Source: Callorhinchus milii (lineage: Eukaryota). Taken from it: a stretch of 64,000 nucleotides of DNA. Shown one piece after another: positions 1 to 13,949 of this stretch. Positions within the stretch are counted from its first letter, which is position 1; each line of letters opens with the position of its first letter. A model generated the notes under the pieces. That model was given only the letters and a program-made list of their open reading frames with translations. It was not told the origin of the DNA and did not search any database. The position numbers were made by a program, and so were the translations under genes. The stretch lies in NCBI RefSeq assembly GCF_018977255.1, contig NW_024704743.1:23996001-24060000 (forward strand). The letters are read 5' to 3'.

Positions 1-182
1 TCCCTCAAGAAAAAAAAACAATAATAATTTGATCACTCAATCCACGACTGTTTGTGCGACACAGCTGTGCGCAATTGGCTGCCGCATTTCACCCACAAAA
101 TTAGTCAATTCACTTTATAGTATATTCTGTGAAGCGCTTTGAGACGTCAAGAAGACATGAAAAGCGCTATATCAAATGCAAG
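1..182 (+). mobile_element. 3' part of young tRNA-derived SINE (cut by window start)
   Basis: Matches body and tail of the full copies (gactgtttgtg...gcaattggctgccg...aagcgctatatcaaatgcaag). Confidence 0.85.
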
Positions 183-193
183 TGAGGTGACCA

Positions 194-260
194 TATAATA
201 ATGATAATCCTTGCATTTGATATAGCGCTTTTCACATCTTCTAGACGTTTCAAAGCACTT
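194..260 (-). mobile_element. 5'-truncated SINE tail, inverted relative to the preceding copy
   Basis: ataataatgataatccttgcatttgatatagcgcttttca = reverse complement of the SINE 3' end. Confidence 0.85.
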
Positions 261-1926
261 GGATGTCAAGTGGAAAGATATCAAGGCGATAGAGGGGGTT
301 GATGGGGGTGGGCGCGTGTCTTTAAAATGTAAATTTCTGCGAGCCAAAAGCCCACCCCACCCGTAGATGGACAATTCCAAATTTTTATTTACTCAATTTA
401 ATTCAAATTCACTTTTATTCATTTTAATTGTTAAGGAGGATTTGTTTGATTTATTATGAATGTTAGGAAGGATTTACAATGTGAATTTTATTACACTATG
501 TTTATTTTAAATGCATCAACACTTAGCCAGAAAATCTGGCAGGCTGGACCAGACTCCCCTGCCCCCCCCCCCCCGCCCCCCACACACCCATTTCCCATTT
601 GTCTGGTTAGCTGATGGTGAAGTGTATTTGCTTCCGGTTCCTTTTTGAACAATTTCATTCATCCAACCTGAATAGCCCCATGTTTGTTCCAGGTCTCCTC
701 TCTGGGTTTATCCCCAATGGCGCAGCCAAGATTGAGAACTTGACCCACAGAGATACTCCCATGGAATAATACTGTTGCATGTTGTCTATGAGACAGTCAG
801 TTCTGCCTCTTTGTCATGGTTTCCTCAAAATATGTTGTTGAACACTATATTAATTTTGATCTTCTAATCTTATTTGTTCCACTCTTGCCATTTGTCTCAC
901 TGTTATAGCTGAGAGCTACAGTGAGCAGGGGGTCTGCTCCCAGCCCTTTGCCAATAGTGGCCTGAAGATAGCGTCCATAATGAGATGAACGAGTGTCCAG
1001 GATTCTCTTCCTCTAGGTAGGAGGTATGTTGCTTCTGCTCACTGCCGCCTACAGCAGTGAAGCTATGATCAGGAGCTCAGCAGAATGTAGGATTGAACCT
1101 GGGTTCTCAGCAATCGCCTGGGGAATAACGCTGCATTGTTTTAGTTGCCAACCTTCAAATGAGACCTAAATGCTAGGTCCTTTCTGCCTCTTCAGATAAA
1201 TGTTAAAAGATCTCATGACATGATCAAAAATATTTTTTCCCAACTTCCTGGCCAACAATCCTTGCTTGTCACCCCGTCCCCCAGTGGATCAAATTCAAGA
1301 TTCTCGTTCTCACCATCAAATCCCTCCACGGTCGCACCCTACCTTACATTCACAATCTCCTTCAACCCTACCAACCCAGTTGGCTGCTTTGCACAGCCTG
1401 CTTTATGTTGCCCCACCCTATCTACTTTGCCATTAAGGGGTGAGCTTTCAGCCATTTTGCGCTTACCTTCTGGAACTCCATCCCCAAGTCCCTCAGACTC
1501 CCTCTCTCTCTCACTCCCCTCATTCAAGGTCTGTCTCAAGACCTACCCCTTTGAACGCATTTTGGTAATTTTCGTCTCCCACCATCTTCAGTTTTCAATG
1601 CCTGTTCTGGTACCCAGCCAGCACCGTTAAGCACTTTGTTTGTAGTTTGTTGTTTGCAAGGTAGCTACAAGTTCACCTACAAATAAAGTCACTACACCTT
1701 GCAGCAATTATATGTTGAGTGCTATGAAGCATTTCAATGTAGTAGGCATTGTATCATATGTAAAAGATATTATATATCATCATTGGTCCTATGGAATGAT
1801 AAAGGGCATTTTCAAGACATATTTCATACATACCGCAAGTTATTTCTTTACCCAGAGGGAGTAATTAATGATTGGAACAGGTTACCCCTTACCCCACCCT
1901 ACCCCTACACAACCCTTCCTCCATGC

Positions 1927-2853
1927 TCTCTACCTCTCTGCCTCCACCCTGAACTCCAGGATTACTGGGGTCCTGACCAACTGCCTGTCCGATATCAAGT
2001 TCTGGACGAGAGCCAACTTTCTCCAACTCAACGTCAGCAAGACCGAGTCCCTCCTGATTGGCTCGCGCCAATGCCTCCGCACCTCAGGCGCTGGCAGCAT
2101 CAGCCTCCGCGGCTGCACACTCAACCTCACTAAGCCAGTCAGGAACCTGAGTATCTTGTTTGACCCTGAATTGTCCTTTCTCCCTCACATCCACGCCATG
2201 ACCGGCACTGCCTACCACCACCTCCGCAACATTGCCAGACTCCACCACTGCCTCACCCCTCAGGCTGCCTTCGTCATTCCAAGGCTCAATTATGGAAACT
2301 CCCTCCTCATCAGCCTTCCCAACTCTTCCCTTCACAAGCTACAGATCATCCAAAACTCTGCAGCTCCTGTACTCTCATGTACCAGGCTCCGTGACCCCAT
2401 CACTCCCACCATCGCCCGACTCCACTGGCTCCCCATCCCCAGAGGATCGAGTTCAAGATCCTCATCCATGGCCTTACCCCCTCCTACCTCTCTGACCTGC
2501 TGATTCCCTACCAACCTGCCCGCTCCCTCTGTTCAGCGGGCTCCGGCCTGCTCCATGTCTCCCGCTCAACCCGCCCTACAATCGGTGACTGGGCTTTCAG
2601 CCTCTCTGCCCCCACACTCTGGAACTCCATCCCACGGTTCCTTCGCCTCGCTTCCTCCCTTGCCTCCTTGAAGGCCGAACTCAAGATCCTTCTCTTCGAC
2701 TGTGCCTTTGGTCTCCCTCCCACCTCTCTGCCTTCGCTCACCACTACACCACCATTCCCCCATGCTCAGGCCCCGACACCTGACTGTTCAGCGCTTTGGG
2801 ACGTCCTCCAGACGTGAAAGGCGCTGGATAATTGTAATTTTGTTGTTGTTGTT
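1927..2853 (+). mobile_element. L2-clade LINE, 5'-truncated (end of RT region, 3' UTR, (TTG)n tail)
   Basis: ORF 1868..2503 has L2 ORF2 motifs (NFLQLNVSKTE, RLNYGNSLL, LQIIQNSAA, LHWLPI); highly similar to 37745-38709. Confidence 0.92.
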
Positions 2854-3509
2854 ACTTGGGAGGCACTTCAAGCTAGGACACTGGCCTGATTTAAGAAATA
2901 GCTGGATGCTGTGATAGGTGGATGGTAGGGTGGGTTTTCTGGAAATGAAGAAACAAAGGGCCTTCTTAAAAACTACACCTCTCATGATTTTCCAAATGAA
3001 AATGTCATCCTTTAATGTTAAAGTGGGAGCAGCCTGGTGCCTGTCTCCGAGCCTACTAATGACCACCAAAAATGATATGGGACAAGGCTAGAATTCAGAA
3101 TAGCTGGTCCAGCCTATCAGCAATCCACAGGCACTTGCACTTGTTTAAGATGCTGGACTAATTGATGTGATTTGTAACTCTTTCCATCCGCACTGAACTC
3201 TGGTTTTCCCAGGCAGAAAAAAGGTGAGACGTTCCTATTGCATCCCTGAGGGTGGTGCTACAAATCCATTGATGGCCTATCTGGGAGTTCTACCTGTGTG
3301 AAAAATATATTTTCACATTTTGACCCCCTGATTTAGTGGAAGCAGCAACTCGTTCTGGGAAAGAGGCAGTCCAGTGCAACACTCAAGTGGCCATTCCTCA
3401 TATATGAGCCTGACAGTGAGCATTAGTTAGCGTATTACTCAGTAATGCAGGGATCACAGCCCAGTCTGTCCTTGTTTAATGTCTGCATGAGCAATTTCCA
3501 GCAGGAGTT

Positions 3510-4175
3510 ACTGTGATTAGGAGCGTCCGGTTTGGTCTCACTGAGGTGGATGAGGGAAGAGAGGCAATCGGGGAGGATGGCATGATTGACTGGGTCAAAA
3601 GTAGAGGAGAGGTCCAGGAGGATAAGGAGGTAGAGGGAGCCTTAGTCACGGAGAGAGAGAGGACGTCATTCGTGACTTTGACAAGTGTTGTCTCGGAGAT
3701 GTATGCAAAGCTGAAACCAGACTTGAGGGGCTTAAGGAGGTAGTGCAGGGAAATGTGCGGGCGAAATTGGTTGGCAACAGTGCATTCCAGAAATTTGGAA
3801 ATGAAGGGCAAGTTTGAGATGGTCTAGCATTTTGCAAACTTTGAAGGATCAAATGTGTTCTTTTTGAGGAGGGAGGTGATGACAGCGTTTTTGAGGGGAA
3901 GCGGGATGGTGCTGGAGGAAAGGGACAAGTTGACTGTGTCCACCAGCAGGGGGCAGAGGAGGGGTAGTTGGGGAGAAAGTGGGCCGAGGCAAACAGGTGG
4001 TGGGTTTCAATACGGGTGATGATGGTTATGAGGGACAAGAGAGCAGTGGAGCGTGAGGGCAGTGGTAGGAACAGTCGCAGGAGATGTGGGGGATGTTGAA
4101 GACATGGGGAAGGCAGAGGATGCAGCCAAGCAGATTTTATCTATTTTATGCATAAAAAAGTCCATAACCTCTTTG
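3510..4175 (-). mobile_element. Degenerate L2 ORF2 internal fragment
   Basis: Minus-strand ORF contains PFISKFLE and SETTLVKVTND (RT N-terminal motifs), frameshifted. Confidence 0.8.
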
Positions 4176-4671
4176 GTAGGAGAGTGCACATTGTGCTGTG
4201 TAACACAGTACTGGGTAGAACAGTATAGATTTTGCCCTCTGTATCGGAGACATCAGTGAATGCCTTTCTGCGGTGGGGCTATAATTCGTCCAACATTAAA
4301 CCACCTGCTTGACCTCTGCTTCATTCCTTCCACATTAATAATTGGCCACACAATCTTGGTTTAATATTCTTATTAAAACCTGAAGCCTCTCAGCCTGTGA
4401 CAGCATAAATGAATCAATATTTTGTTTTCGCTGGTTGGATTTTCTTTTCAGAATTAACCATCAATAACAGCATCCCGCAGTGTTAGTTTATTCTTTTGTA
4501 TGGAAATTCCATATACAATGTAGTTAGAGGGCTTTGTGTATTTGGATTAAGCAATGAGCTGCTGTTCCAAGCAAATTCTTTATGTTTTCGGCTGTCACTT
4601 TGCTTATTAAACATATTGGACCTCCACGCATGTTGAATATATGCAGAATATTTAGAACATAAGAACACAAG

Positions 4672-5322
4672 AACAACAACAACAACAAGATTACACTTGT
4701 ATAGCGCCTTTCACGTCGGGAGGACGTCCCAAGGTGCTGCACAGAGTACAGCATTTCAGACCCGAGCTGGGGTTGGGGGGGTAAGGGAGGGGAGGGGAAG
4801 GGGGGTGGCCGATGGCATGGTCGAAGAGGAAGGTCTTGAGGTGGGACTTGAAGGAGGCTAAGGAGGGGGTGAGGCGGAGTGACTGAGGGATGGATTTCCA
4901 GAGGTTGGGGACAGAGTGGCTGAAGGCTCGCCCACCAATGGTGGGGCGGGTGGGTCGGGGGACGTGGAGCAGACCAGAGCCGGCTGAGTGGAGGGAACAG
5001 GCAGGTTGGTAGGGGTTTAGGAGGTCGCAGAGGTAGGGTGGGGCGAGGCCATGGAGGGCTTTGTATGTGAGAACCAGGATCTTGAACTGAAGGATAGGAA
5101 GCGAGTGGAGTCGGGTGAGAATGAGGGAGATGGGGTCACGGAGTTTGGTACGGGAGAGGACACGTGCTGCAGACTTCTGGATCATCTGCAGCCTGTGGCG
5201 GGAGAAGTTGGGAAGGCCGACTAGCAGGGAGTTTGCATAGTCGAGCTTGGAGGTGATGAAGGCCTGCACAAGAGTATCAGCGGCCTGAGGGGTGAGGTAG
5301 TGGCGGAGTCGGGTGATGTTAC
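4672..5322 (-). mobile_element. L2 LINE 3' fragment
   Basis: (AAC)n tail at 4672; ORF 4691..5428 has SKLDYANSLL, RLQMIQKSAAR, GGRAFSHSVPNLW. Confidence 0.92.
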
Positions 5323-5329
5323 GAAGTAA

Positions 5330-5600
5330 TCCGAGACGAAAAAAGACCAAGGTCCGTCTAGTGCGCCTTCCATCTTCCTGGCGGTCGCATGCACCTATGT
5401 CCGAAACTACCTTTGTACTATATCCCATAACATTATTTCATAAAAGAAAACTATCTAATCTGTGTTTGAAAGAATCAACACTTCTTGCTTCAACCGTCTC
5501 CCTAGGGAGCCTGTTCCACAGGTTCACTATTCGCTCACTGAAATAATGTTTGCGTAGATTTGTTCTGAATTTACCCCTCTTCATTCGCAGGCTGTGTCTG
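5330..5600 (-). mobile_element. CR1-type LINE 3' fragment
   Basis: HSLRMKRGKFRTNLRKHYFSERIVNLWNRLP...SFKHRLD is the typical CR1 ORF2 C-terminus. Confidence 0.8.
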
Positions 5601-5634
5601 TGAAACTGCGAAACAGAAAGCGATTCTTTCTGAA

Positions 5635-6066
5635 AAGAATCGCGAGCCACATCTCTCCAGTTCTGGCCAGGCTCCACTGGCTCCCATCACCGAACGGATC
5701 GACTTTGAAGTCCTCATGTTCAAATCCATTCACTCCCTGGCACCTCCCTACCTCTCTGAACTCCTCATTCCCCAATCCACCACCCGGCACCTCCGCTCGA
5801 CTGGCACCGGTCTCCTGCTCGTCCCTCGCACCCTCCACCCCACCATCAGAGGTTGCGCTTTCAGCCACTATGCCCCAAAACTGGAACACTCTCCCTCAAT
5901 TCCTCAACATTGCCCCCTCTTTCAAGTCCCACCCGAAGACTTTACTGTTCGACCGTGCTTACGGCCACCTCCCCCCGGCTTGGAGTCGGGCTCCGCCACT
6001 GTTAAGCGCTCTGAGAGGCTACCCTGCATGGAGACGCTGTATAAGTGCAAGTTGGTGTTGTTGTTG
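5635..6066 (+). mobile_element. L2 LINE 3' fragment
   Basis: HISPVLARLHWLP, FKSIHSLAPPYLSELL; ends in a (TTG)n tail. Confidence 0.85.
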
Positions 6067-6198
6067 GATTTACTCCCTTGAGTTGCAGGCCGTGTCCTCT
6101 GGTTCTACTATTCTGGACAAGTGGAAACGGCTTGTGATGTCTATATTGTCTTGCCCCTTTAGAATCTTAAAGATAGCAATCATGTCGCCTATTTATTT

Positions 6199-6512
6199 AT
6201 AATAATAATAATCCTTGTATTTGATATAGCGCTTTTTCACATCTTCTCGACGTCTCAAAGCACTTTACAGAATATGCTGTAAAGGGAATTGATTGTATTT
6301 GTGGGCGAAACACGGCAGCCAATTGCGCACAGCAGTGTCCCACAAACAGTCGTGGATTCAAAATGCCCAATTTATTATTGTTTTGTTTTGGAGGGATTAT
6401 TATTAAGCGTGTAGAGTAAGGAAAGTTGCCCAAGGTTTCGCCCTTCCTGGAATTGAACCCAGGTGTCTCGCTTGCAAGGCGTGTGCTCTAACCACTGAGC
6501 TGCAGGACTCCA
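6199..6512 (-). mobile_element. Full-length young tRNA-derived SINE
   Basis: Reverse complement of A-box/B-box head, body and (TTA)n tail. Confidence 0.92.
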
Positions 6513-6589
6513 AAGGGTGTTTCATTTATACTATTAATTAGGATTCCTTTATTTAAAATATAATGTGTCTTTCTACCATTTGTGTCACG

Positions 6590-6840
6590 TAGTTGGTACC
6601 CAAGCAGCATCCCAGCTGAGAGATACTCCAAGTAGCACTTTTAAGTCTGAAGGTTGTGGGTTTCTGCTGTCACTCCAGAATAATGCTGAGGAGACTGCAT
6701 TGTCAAAAGTGCCACCTTTCATTACACAATATGTCTGTGCAGGTGAACATTAAAAGTACTGCTTGAAAAAAGAAGTGTGTTTCTCCAGGTTCACTTATGG
6801 GATAAAGTGGTGTTCACTTCATTGGCTGTTTGTGGGACGT
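6590..6840 (+). mobile_element. Highly diverged Deu-domain-type SINE remnant
   Basis: Patchy similarity to 13950-14270 and 43040-43782 (ctgcattgtc, caggtgaacattaaa, ggctgtttgtgggac). Confidence 0.5.
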
Positions 6841-9800
6841 TGTCCACTTCACATTGCAAAACTAAGAAAATGTGCAATAGTTTATCCATATTTCTGTGCT
6901 ATGAGCAACTGTGTGGTGGATAAATTCAGCCCCCAATCCTCAATATAGTCATTCACACCATCAGAAAATGTCATGCCTCTCTGTATCTGTGGAAGGGTCC
7001 ACACAATTCTGTCTCATAAGAGGAACAAAGACTCAATTTCTTTTATGAATCATTTGTGAAAGGTTTTAAAGCACAACATGTAAAACATCCTCCTAGAATG
7101 TGATGTTTAGGCAAAAGCTGGCATTGCAGAAGCGCATGTTTGTATTGTAATATGTAAGGATTGATTGTTGTAAAGATTGTGAGGATTAGCATTAACCTAC
7201 TCTTTAACTCTTGTCATGAATAGTTGCCATTCTGTTACCATGTTAAGCTTCTCTCTCAGACACATCCACATCCACACACACATCTCTCACGTGCAAGCAC
7301 TTCCATGTGCACTCTTAGGCATACTTGGGCACTTTCACTCGCACACTCGTACTCAGATCTGCTTACACACATACCAATTTGTATTCACCCTCAAATCACA
7401 TTCGTTCATATGTACAATGTCGCAATTATCCTCACAGGAAAGCATTTGCTCACATGCTCTAACCTGGCAAGCATGAATGAAGTAGCATCACTTAATTGAA
7501 GCCAGACAGACAGCACTGGTACCACAAAGATCAGCGTTTCTGCCTTATTCTGGCAGATAATAGCACAGCCTTGTACTCACTGCATTATCAAATGCAAGGA
7601 TTATTATTATTGTGTAATGAATGTGTGTAGCACAGTGCACATCTACATTGCATTGTGTACCTTTGGTCCCCCAGTTGTCAGAGGAAGGCAGAGCCACAGA
7701 CCTTTTTGCTGGAAAGTGCATTTGAGTGAATGTCAGGAGAAGACAGGATGGGGCTCAGTTTTGACAATCCCTCCCACCACATGCACTCTTCTCTTCTCCA
7801 CTGTGGTCAAGTAACCTGTGGCAGCATTCATTGTCAAAAGTCCATACATGAAAAATATCCACTGGGGTGCCTGGGTAACTATACATAAATAATAATACAG
7901 CGCCACGTGGTGCCAGGAAGATGGTGAAAGGAGTCAAACTGAGTCAAGCAGAAGAAGGCAAGAAACTTGAAAGGAAAAATTGACAGGGGGAAGGAAAAAG
8001 AGCCATCATCAGCAGCAGCATCATCACACAAAGGAACAGAAAGGGAGAACGGTGGCAAGGGTTGTGAGGAGCTTCACAAGCAGCAGATGCTAAATCTGCT
8101 GTTCGGAAAGTTGTCTTGAGATCCCTCAGGTTACCGTTTCTCACTGACACTGTCTGTCTCATTACATCACATTGAACAGATAGAGCAGGGTGATGGACAG
8201 TAGTAGCGAGATGGATAGAGTGGAAGGGATGAAACGCAGTGCAACATGATGGATGAAAGGCAGCGATGTCAACTCAGGCATGAAATAAAATGAGTGCGAA
8301 TGTTCCACTTCCTAAAAATAGAACCAATTTCTACATTTGACCGCCGTTAAACTGACTTTGCCAAGTATAATGTAGGGATTCCTTGCTGCAGAGTCCCAGT
8401 GGGAGTGACTATAATTCACAGGCTTTTGGAGGCAGGTTCCGTCTTAAAGATGTGATATTGGAGGAACCTTCAACTGCCCTGAATCCTACAAACTGAGCTG
8501 TTGCTGACCTTGGCTTACTGATCAGAAGAAGAGAATTTTTTTACATTCTAATATTTTGAAGCCTTTTCCCCATGTAGACTCAAATAATAATTTAGTGTTT
8601 CACTTTACAGTATATGCTGTGAAGCGCTTTGAGATGTCTAGAAAACGTGATAAGGCGCTATATCAAATGTAAGGATTATTATTATTAATTTATGTCCTAG
8701 TGTAAACACTTAACACTGTGCTCATTTTTTTCAAAAACAAAACATTTTTGTCATTTGATTCCAACCTAATATTAATTCTGCTTGTTTGCTTTTAGTGCCT
8801 TTGTTGTGAAGGAGTCTATATGGCCCAACTTCTCTCAGAATCCTGTTATGAAGGGGGAGAAATCTATGACACAGACTCCGAGTTACCTCTTATTGCATTT
8901 GGAATTGCAGTATTTGGGTTGTGACTTCAGTTTTTTGCCCAAAATTGAGTATTTTGCTTCCAAATTTAATCGTAAATTAAATCTTTTGCGTAATTTTTTT
9001 TTAATGCCTCACACTGTTGTGTGTCTGTACCTTTATCAGACTGCATCAGATGAGAATGCAGTGGTTAGTAACCTCGTAACTATGTCCCTCCTTTAGAATA
9101 TCCTTTAACCTGGCTGTCTTGCCCCTCTTCAACTCCCATCCTTCAGCTCAGGTACCTAGACTATTGTGACATTTTGCAATGTCATTCTGACATGAAATAC
9201 ACTATTTAAATGTAAATTGTATTGTATCTGCCTTGAAATCCTACCTAAAATACTACATCATTGAGCACACCTCCCATCATCTCCCTTCCTCCCTTTGTTC
9301 AGCATCTGATACTGTCCCTGTGAAGCACTCTGAGACGTTATCAAACCTGAAGAGTTCAATACAAATGCAAATTGTTGTTTTAATATTCCCATTCATGGCA
9401 TTGCTGCAGGCAAGCTCTACCCAGAATATCTTCTCCAAGCCCTCTCTAGCCAACAGCCAGAATCATGAAACAGAGCCACCAGGGACACTGATAAAGCTGC
9501 TGATGTCACTGCCTTGATAACATTTGGGATTGTGTGACAATTCAGTGGAATACATTTTCCCTTAAGCATTCCTTCCATCCTTTCTCGCAAGGCATGTTTG
9601 ATCAGATGCTTTGTCAGCTGTTTGAATCTTGAACTGAAGTCTTGCAGGGCGAAAGCAAAGCACAGAGGCAGCCTCCAAGTGACCAATTGCCTTTCCTGCC
9701 TGTGAGTGCAGACTGTGTGGAATGGTGCACCCAATAGTTACTCCTTATGATCCAGTAAACTGCTTACTCCATTATGTGATCACAGGCCCAATAGGGGTAG

Positions 9801-12800
9801 ATCAGAGAATATTAAAGGCACAAGCTCACAAGGGATGCTCAGATCAAGAAGCCCTTTGGCCCATTAGATCTCACTCTGCCAACTCTACTGGCTTCCCAGC
9901 TTACACCCCTTCCATGCAGTATGTTACCACATCTCAGTCGGGATGGCAATGGGAGAGGAAGGTGGCAACATAATTGGTGTTCCAATGCTAGGATGGGGAA
10001 AAATGAGCTAAGTGTATCATCATACTACTGATCGTAGGTAACAGGGGACAAGGGTTAGAGGGGGCTCAGTTCCCCCGCGCCCCCCCCCCCCCCCACCCCA
10101 ATCTATCTACAGCTCTCCTCTTTAAACAGCTAGGAGGGGAAAGTACTGAGTCCAAAGAAGGAACACAGCTGGTGCTCTGAACAGCCCCAACCCATGGGCC
10201 CCTTCTTGTCCCAACTCTTCGGTGGTGAGCTGTTCATGGGGGCATCCTCACCTCAGTCAAGCCAACAGTTCACCTGTCGTAAAGGGGACCGACTGTGTAA
10301 CTGAGTGTTTCTCAGTTGCACCCCCCACCCCCACAAAAGAATATTTTGATCGACTCCATATGCTACTGATTGCACTGTACTCACAAGTTGCTTGGGTAAG
10401 GTACCAGAGGCAGGTTGATATTTCTGGAACCAGTTTAAGTCAATACCCTCAGGAGAGGTGATATTTGGACAGACAAACCTGGATGAAAGCCAAATGTAAG
10501 AGTTGTAAAACTTTCTATTCTTGTTTTAAAACAGTACTGTATTATCAATTCGTAACATTGCTGCAAAGTAAACCAAGCTGCAAATTTGTGATTGTTTATT
10601 AGAAGATAGAGATTTAATCAGATGGTCAGGTGACTGAATACTAACACCAGGTAAGTTTGCTTTGGCGCAGATGTGAATGAGTTTTATCACCTCTTAGGCT
10701 TCCCCTTCCAATCAGGGAATTAAAATGGTTCGCAATTGGTTCAGCCACAGTGGCTCCTCAATTTAGAGTTATGGTACCATCACTTGAGTGGGAGTTCGAA
10801 AAGGCCAAAACTAAGAGAAAGAGGGAAAGAAAAGGAGCACAGAACCCTGACTGAACCACAGGAACTGCATTGTGATGGGCAATTTCCCAATTTTACAACC
10901 TTTTACCCATTTTTCTAAAATATGTGGGATTTCAAAGAAGGAATCCAAATCCCAAAAATGAAGTCTCAATCTCCAGTAACTGCAGGTATGCTCTGACAAG
11001 ATCTACTTCTTTAGCAGAATTCCCATCTGTCAGCAGGAATTATTAAGGAATGCTGCATTTTTGACACCCCCACCTCCCATTGCCTTCACAATATTTGCTT
11101 TGCCTACAAAATACACAGTCACTACACCTCACTGTATCTGCAGTGAAGTGCTTTGAGACGTATTCCGGATGTGAAAAGGGTTCGTTCATCAAATGGAAGG
11201 ATTATTAATTTTTTCCATTTAACATCTGAAAGCGTTCAACACATTTTTCTGCACAGTGCAGGATCTCATGCTTATTGCTGCCAAATGGATGAGAATTATT
11301 CATATAATTCTAAAATATGTGGGATTTCCAAGAAGGAATCCAAATCCCACAAATGAAGTCTCAATCTCCAGTAACTGCGGAGATATACGGAGCAGGCGAC
11401 AACAATTTGCATTTGTATAGCACCCTTTACACAAGGTAGTATCTCAGAACGCTTAGCGGTAGTGGAGCCTGAAGCTGAGCCGGGGAGTGAGGCGAGGTGA
11501 ACGTAGGCACGGTTGAAGAGGAAGGTCTTCAGGTGTGAAGGATCAATAGCGTGAGAGTGATTTATGGGATCATGGAGTGTTTCTTGGAGGAGAGGTCTTT
11601 CCAGACTCAATCGTCTATTGTTATTCCTATTGTGTAACAAAGGTGCAAGTGCATAGACCCTTTCTGCCATCTGGTGGAATGCTCTGGTAGTACCCATTGT
11701 AACTCAGGACAAGGTCAGTGAAGACAAATTAGATTTTGACTAACACAATGGTCATTTTTGCCTCGTCCGCTTTGAAGAGACGGTTTCTCATGAGTCTTGA
11801 CTTAATAGAGTGTTTTGTAGCAATTGCCCAGGTAATTTTAAGATTTCAAGTTTTTTTTTAATTTCAGGTGCACAGCACCAACCAACAAAATATACCACTT
11901 TATAGTATATTCTTGTGAAGGGCTTGGAGACGTATTGATGGCCTGATATGGCATTATATTAAATGCAAGGATTATTATAAATGCACAAGAAAATAACAAA
12001 GACTGTCATCTCCTTTGACTGCGTATTCTTAGAGATCGACATTGAGATTGTAGGTTCTTGCATCTGTTTGAGAATATGTAAGTGAAAGAGATAGCAACAG
12101 TTTGCAGACAGCCTCAGCATTATTGTCTGGTGCACAAGTGCCCAAATAATGAAAGGCAAAAAGCAGATAACTGAGCCTTTCAAGAATGGATGTGGCATCA
12201 AAATAAAGGGAATACTGTATAGAAATAAGATTTCCCTTTTCTGATCTTATTCAGAAGATCACTACTGAGAAGTCAGTTCAGTTGTTGATTAGCTGATAAC
12301 ATTGAAATTCAGAGAGTAGCAATACAAAACTTCAAACATAGGCTCAACATTGCAATTCGGAGAGCAGCAGTGTAGCTAGGAGTAGAATACGGAAGCTTTG
12401 GCCCCAATCGTAGGGATCTTGTAGATGTTAACAGCGTTTGACTGAAGTTTGATTGGGAAGGGTTTCTCCTCTTGTCAGGTGTCTTGGGAGCTTTTTAGCC
12501 ATTAGGAACAACATCCTGGGGGCATTGGGAAGCAGACCACCAACTTTTGATTCCATCTATTCCCAGATGCAAAACACCTTCAAACAGGCTGCTAAACACC
12601 TTCTGGCTGGATTGATTTCAATTTAGAGGTGTAAATCCTGTTTAAAATCCAGTGAGCTGCAATGAACATGTTAACTGGGCGTACTGATTCAGAGACTAAT
12701 GGGGCTGTGTTTCTTTCTCTCTTGTGCCCTTTCCTGGCAGCTTTATAGGTTAAATGGGATCAGTAATAGTTCGTTGCTACAGAGCTACCATTAATTAAAC

Positions 12801-13949
12801 AATAACTTCCACTGCTGAGTACGTGAAACATTAAAAGGTTCCCATGTGCACAGGACCTATTGAATCGGAGGACAGCCAACAAGAATGGAATTGTGTTGAT
12901 GAAAAGTATTTAGATTTATAAAGACTCCACACATGGGGGTCAAATTTGTGGTACTTCATGTATGATTTCTTAATTAAGTAATTTCTTAATTTCTTAACTG
13001 AGTGTTGATTCAGGTAACTGGAGGGGCATCACACACATGAATCACTCTGACGTAGACTCTGACCTGTTTCAATGCTGTATAGTGTATGTAATATATGTTT
13101 GGGTCTGGAAATTTGATTCCATCATCTCAACAAGCTTTCTCTTCTAGTACAAAAGTCTCTGGTGGGAGTTGGCACTAGTGACGTTTGGATTTCTTAACTA
13201 AGAAACATCAAAAAATCCTAGAATTTGTGCAGCATAGAAGAAGAGTCATTTGGCGCATTGTATTTGTGCTGCTGTTAGCTGCCAGGCTATAATTAACTAT
13301 TCTGCTCTTCCAAGGCATATCTCAAAATGTACCTCTTTGACCATCCCTCCTCTGCTCCAACCACCAGCTCAAGTACCCACCAGCATTATTAACTGCTTTG
13401 AGGCGTTCTTCCAACATAAAAGCTACTAAATAGTTGTAAACTTTATTGCACTCCATGTGTAAGCGTACACACCTTGTAATAGAGAGCAGTTATCATTTAC
13501 TCAATGTTTAACATTTATAATGTGAACAGTAGGTACTGTATAATGCAGATTCTCTTGCATCTGTTGAGAAATGTTGAAAGTTTGCATTGACTAGAAATCA
13601 ATAAGTGTAATTTTCGCCCTCAGGGAGCCTTCAGGGGTGATAAGTATCTTAACCTTTTAGCGTCCATGAAGACACACATTGTAGCAGAACACAATGACAA
13701 TCAGTGACTGGACAAGTTTGAAAATAATGTCTGAACTTTAATCAAATCGGAGGTTTCAGACTTTGGATAGAACCTGGTTAAGCTTCCATGTATTTTAAGG
13801 CTTCATCTCACTCCCTCAATTAGGTTACTACTTTGTAATTATTCTCAGAAATCCATTATTCTCTACATAAACCATCTGACGTCTTCCTTGATTAGATTAT
13901 TCCCTCTTATTCAGTCCCAGATACCAATTATTCTCTTCATAACAATCTT

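Noticed and set aside
7216..7499. His/Thr-rich ORFs
   Set aside because: Degenerate CA-rich low-complexity sequence
7920..8130. Purine-rich exon-like stretch (IDRGKEKEPSSAAASS...)
   Set aside because: Stops in all forward frames, no recognisable homology, no convincing acceptor
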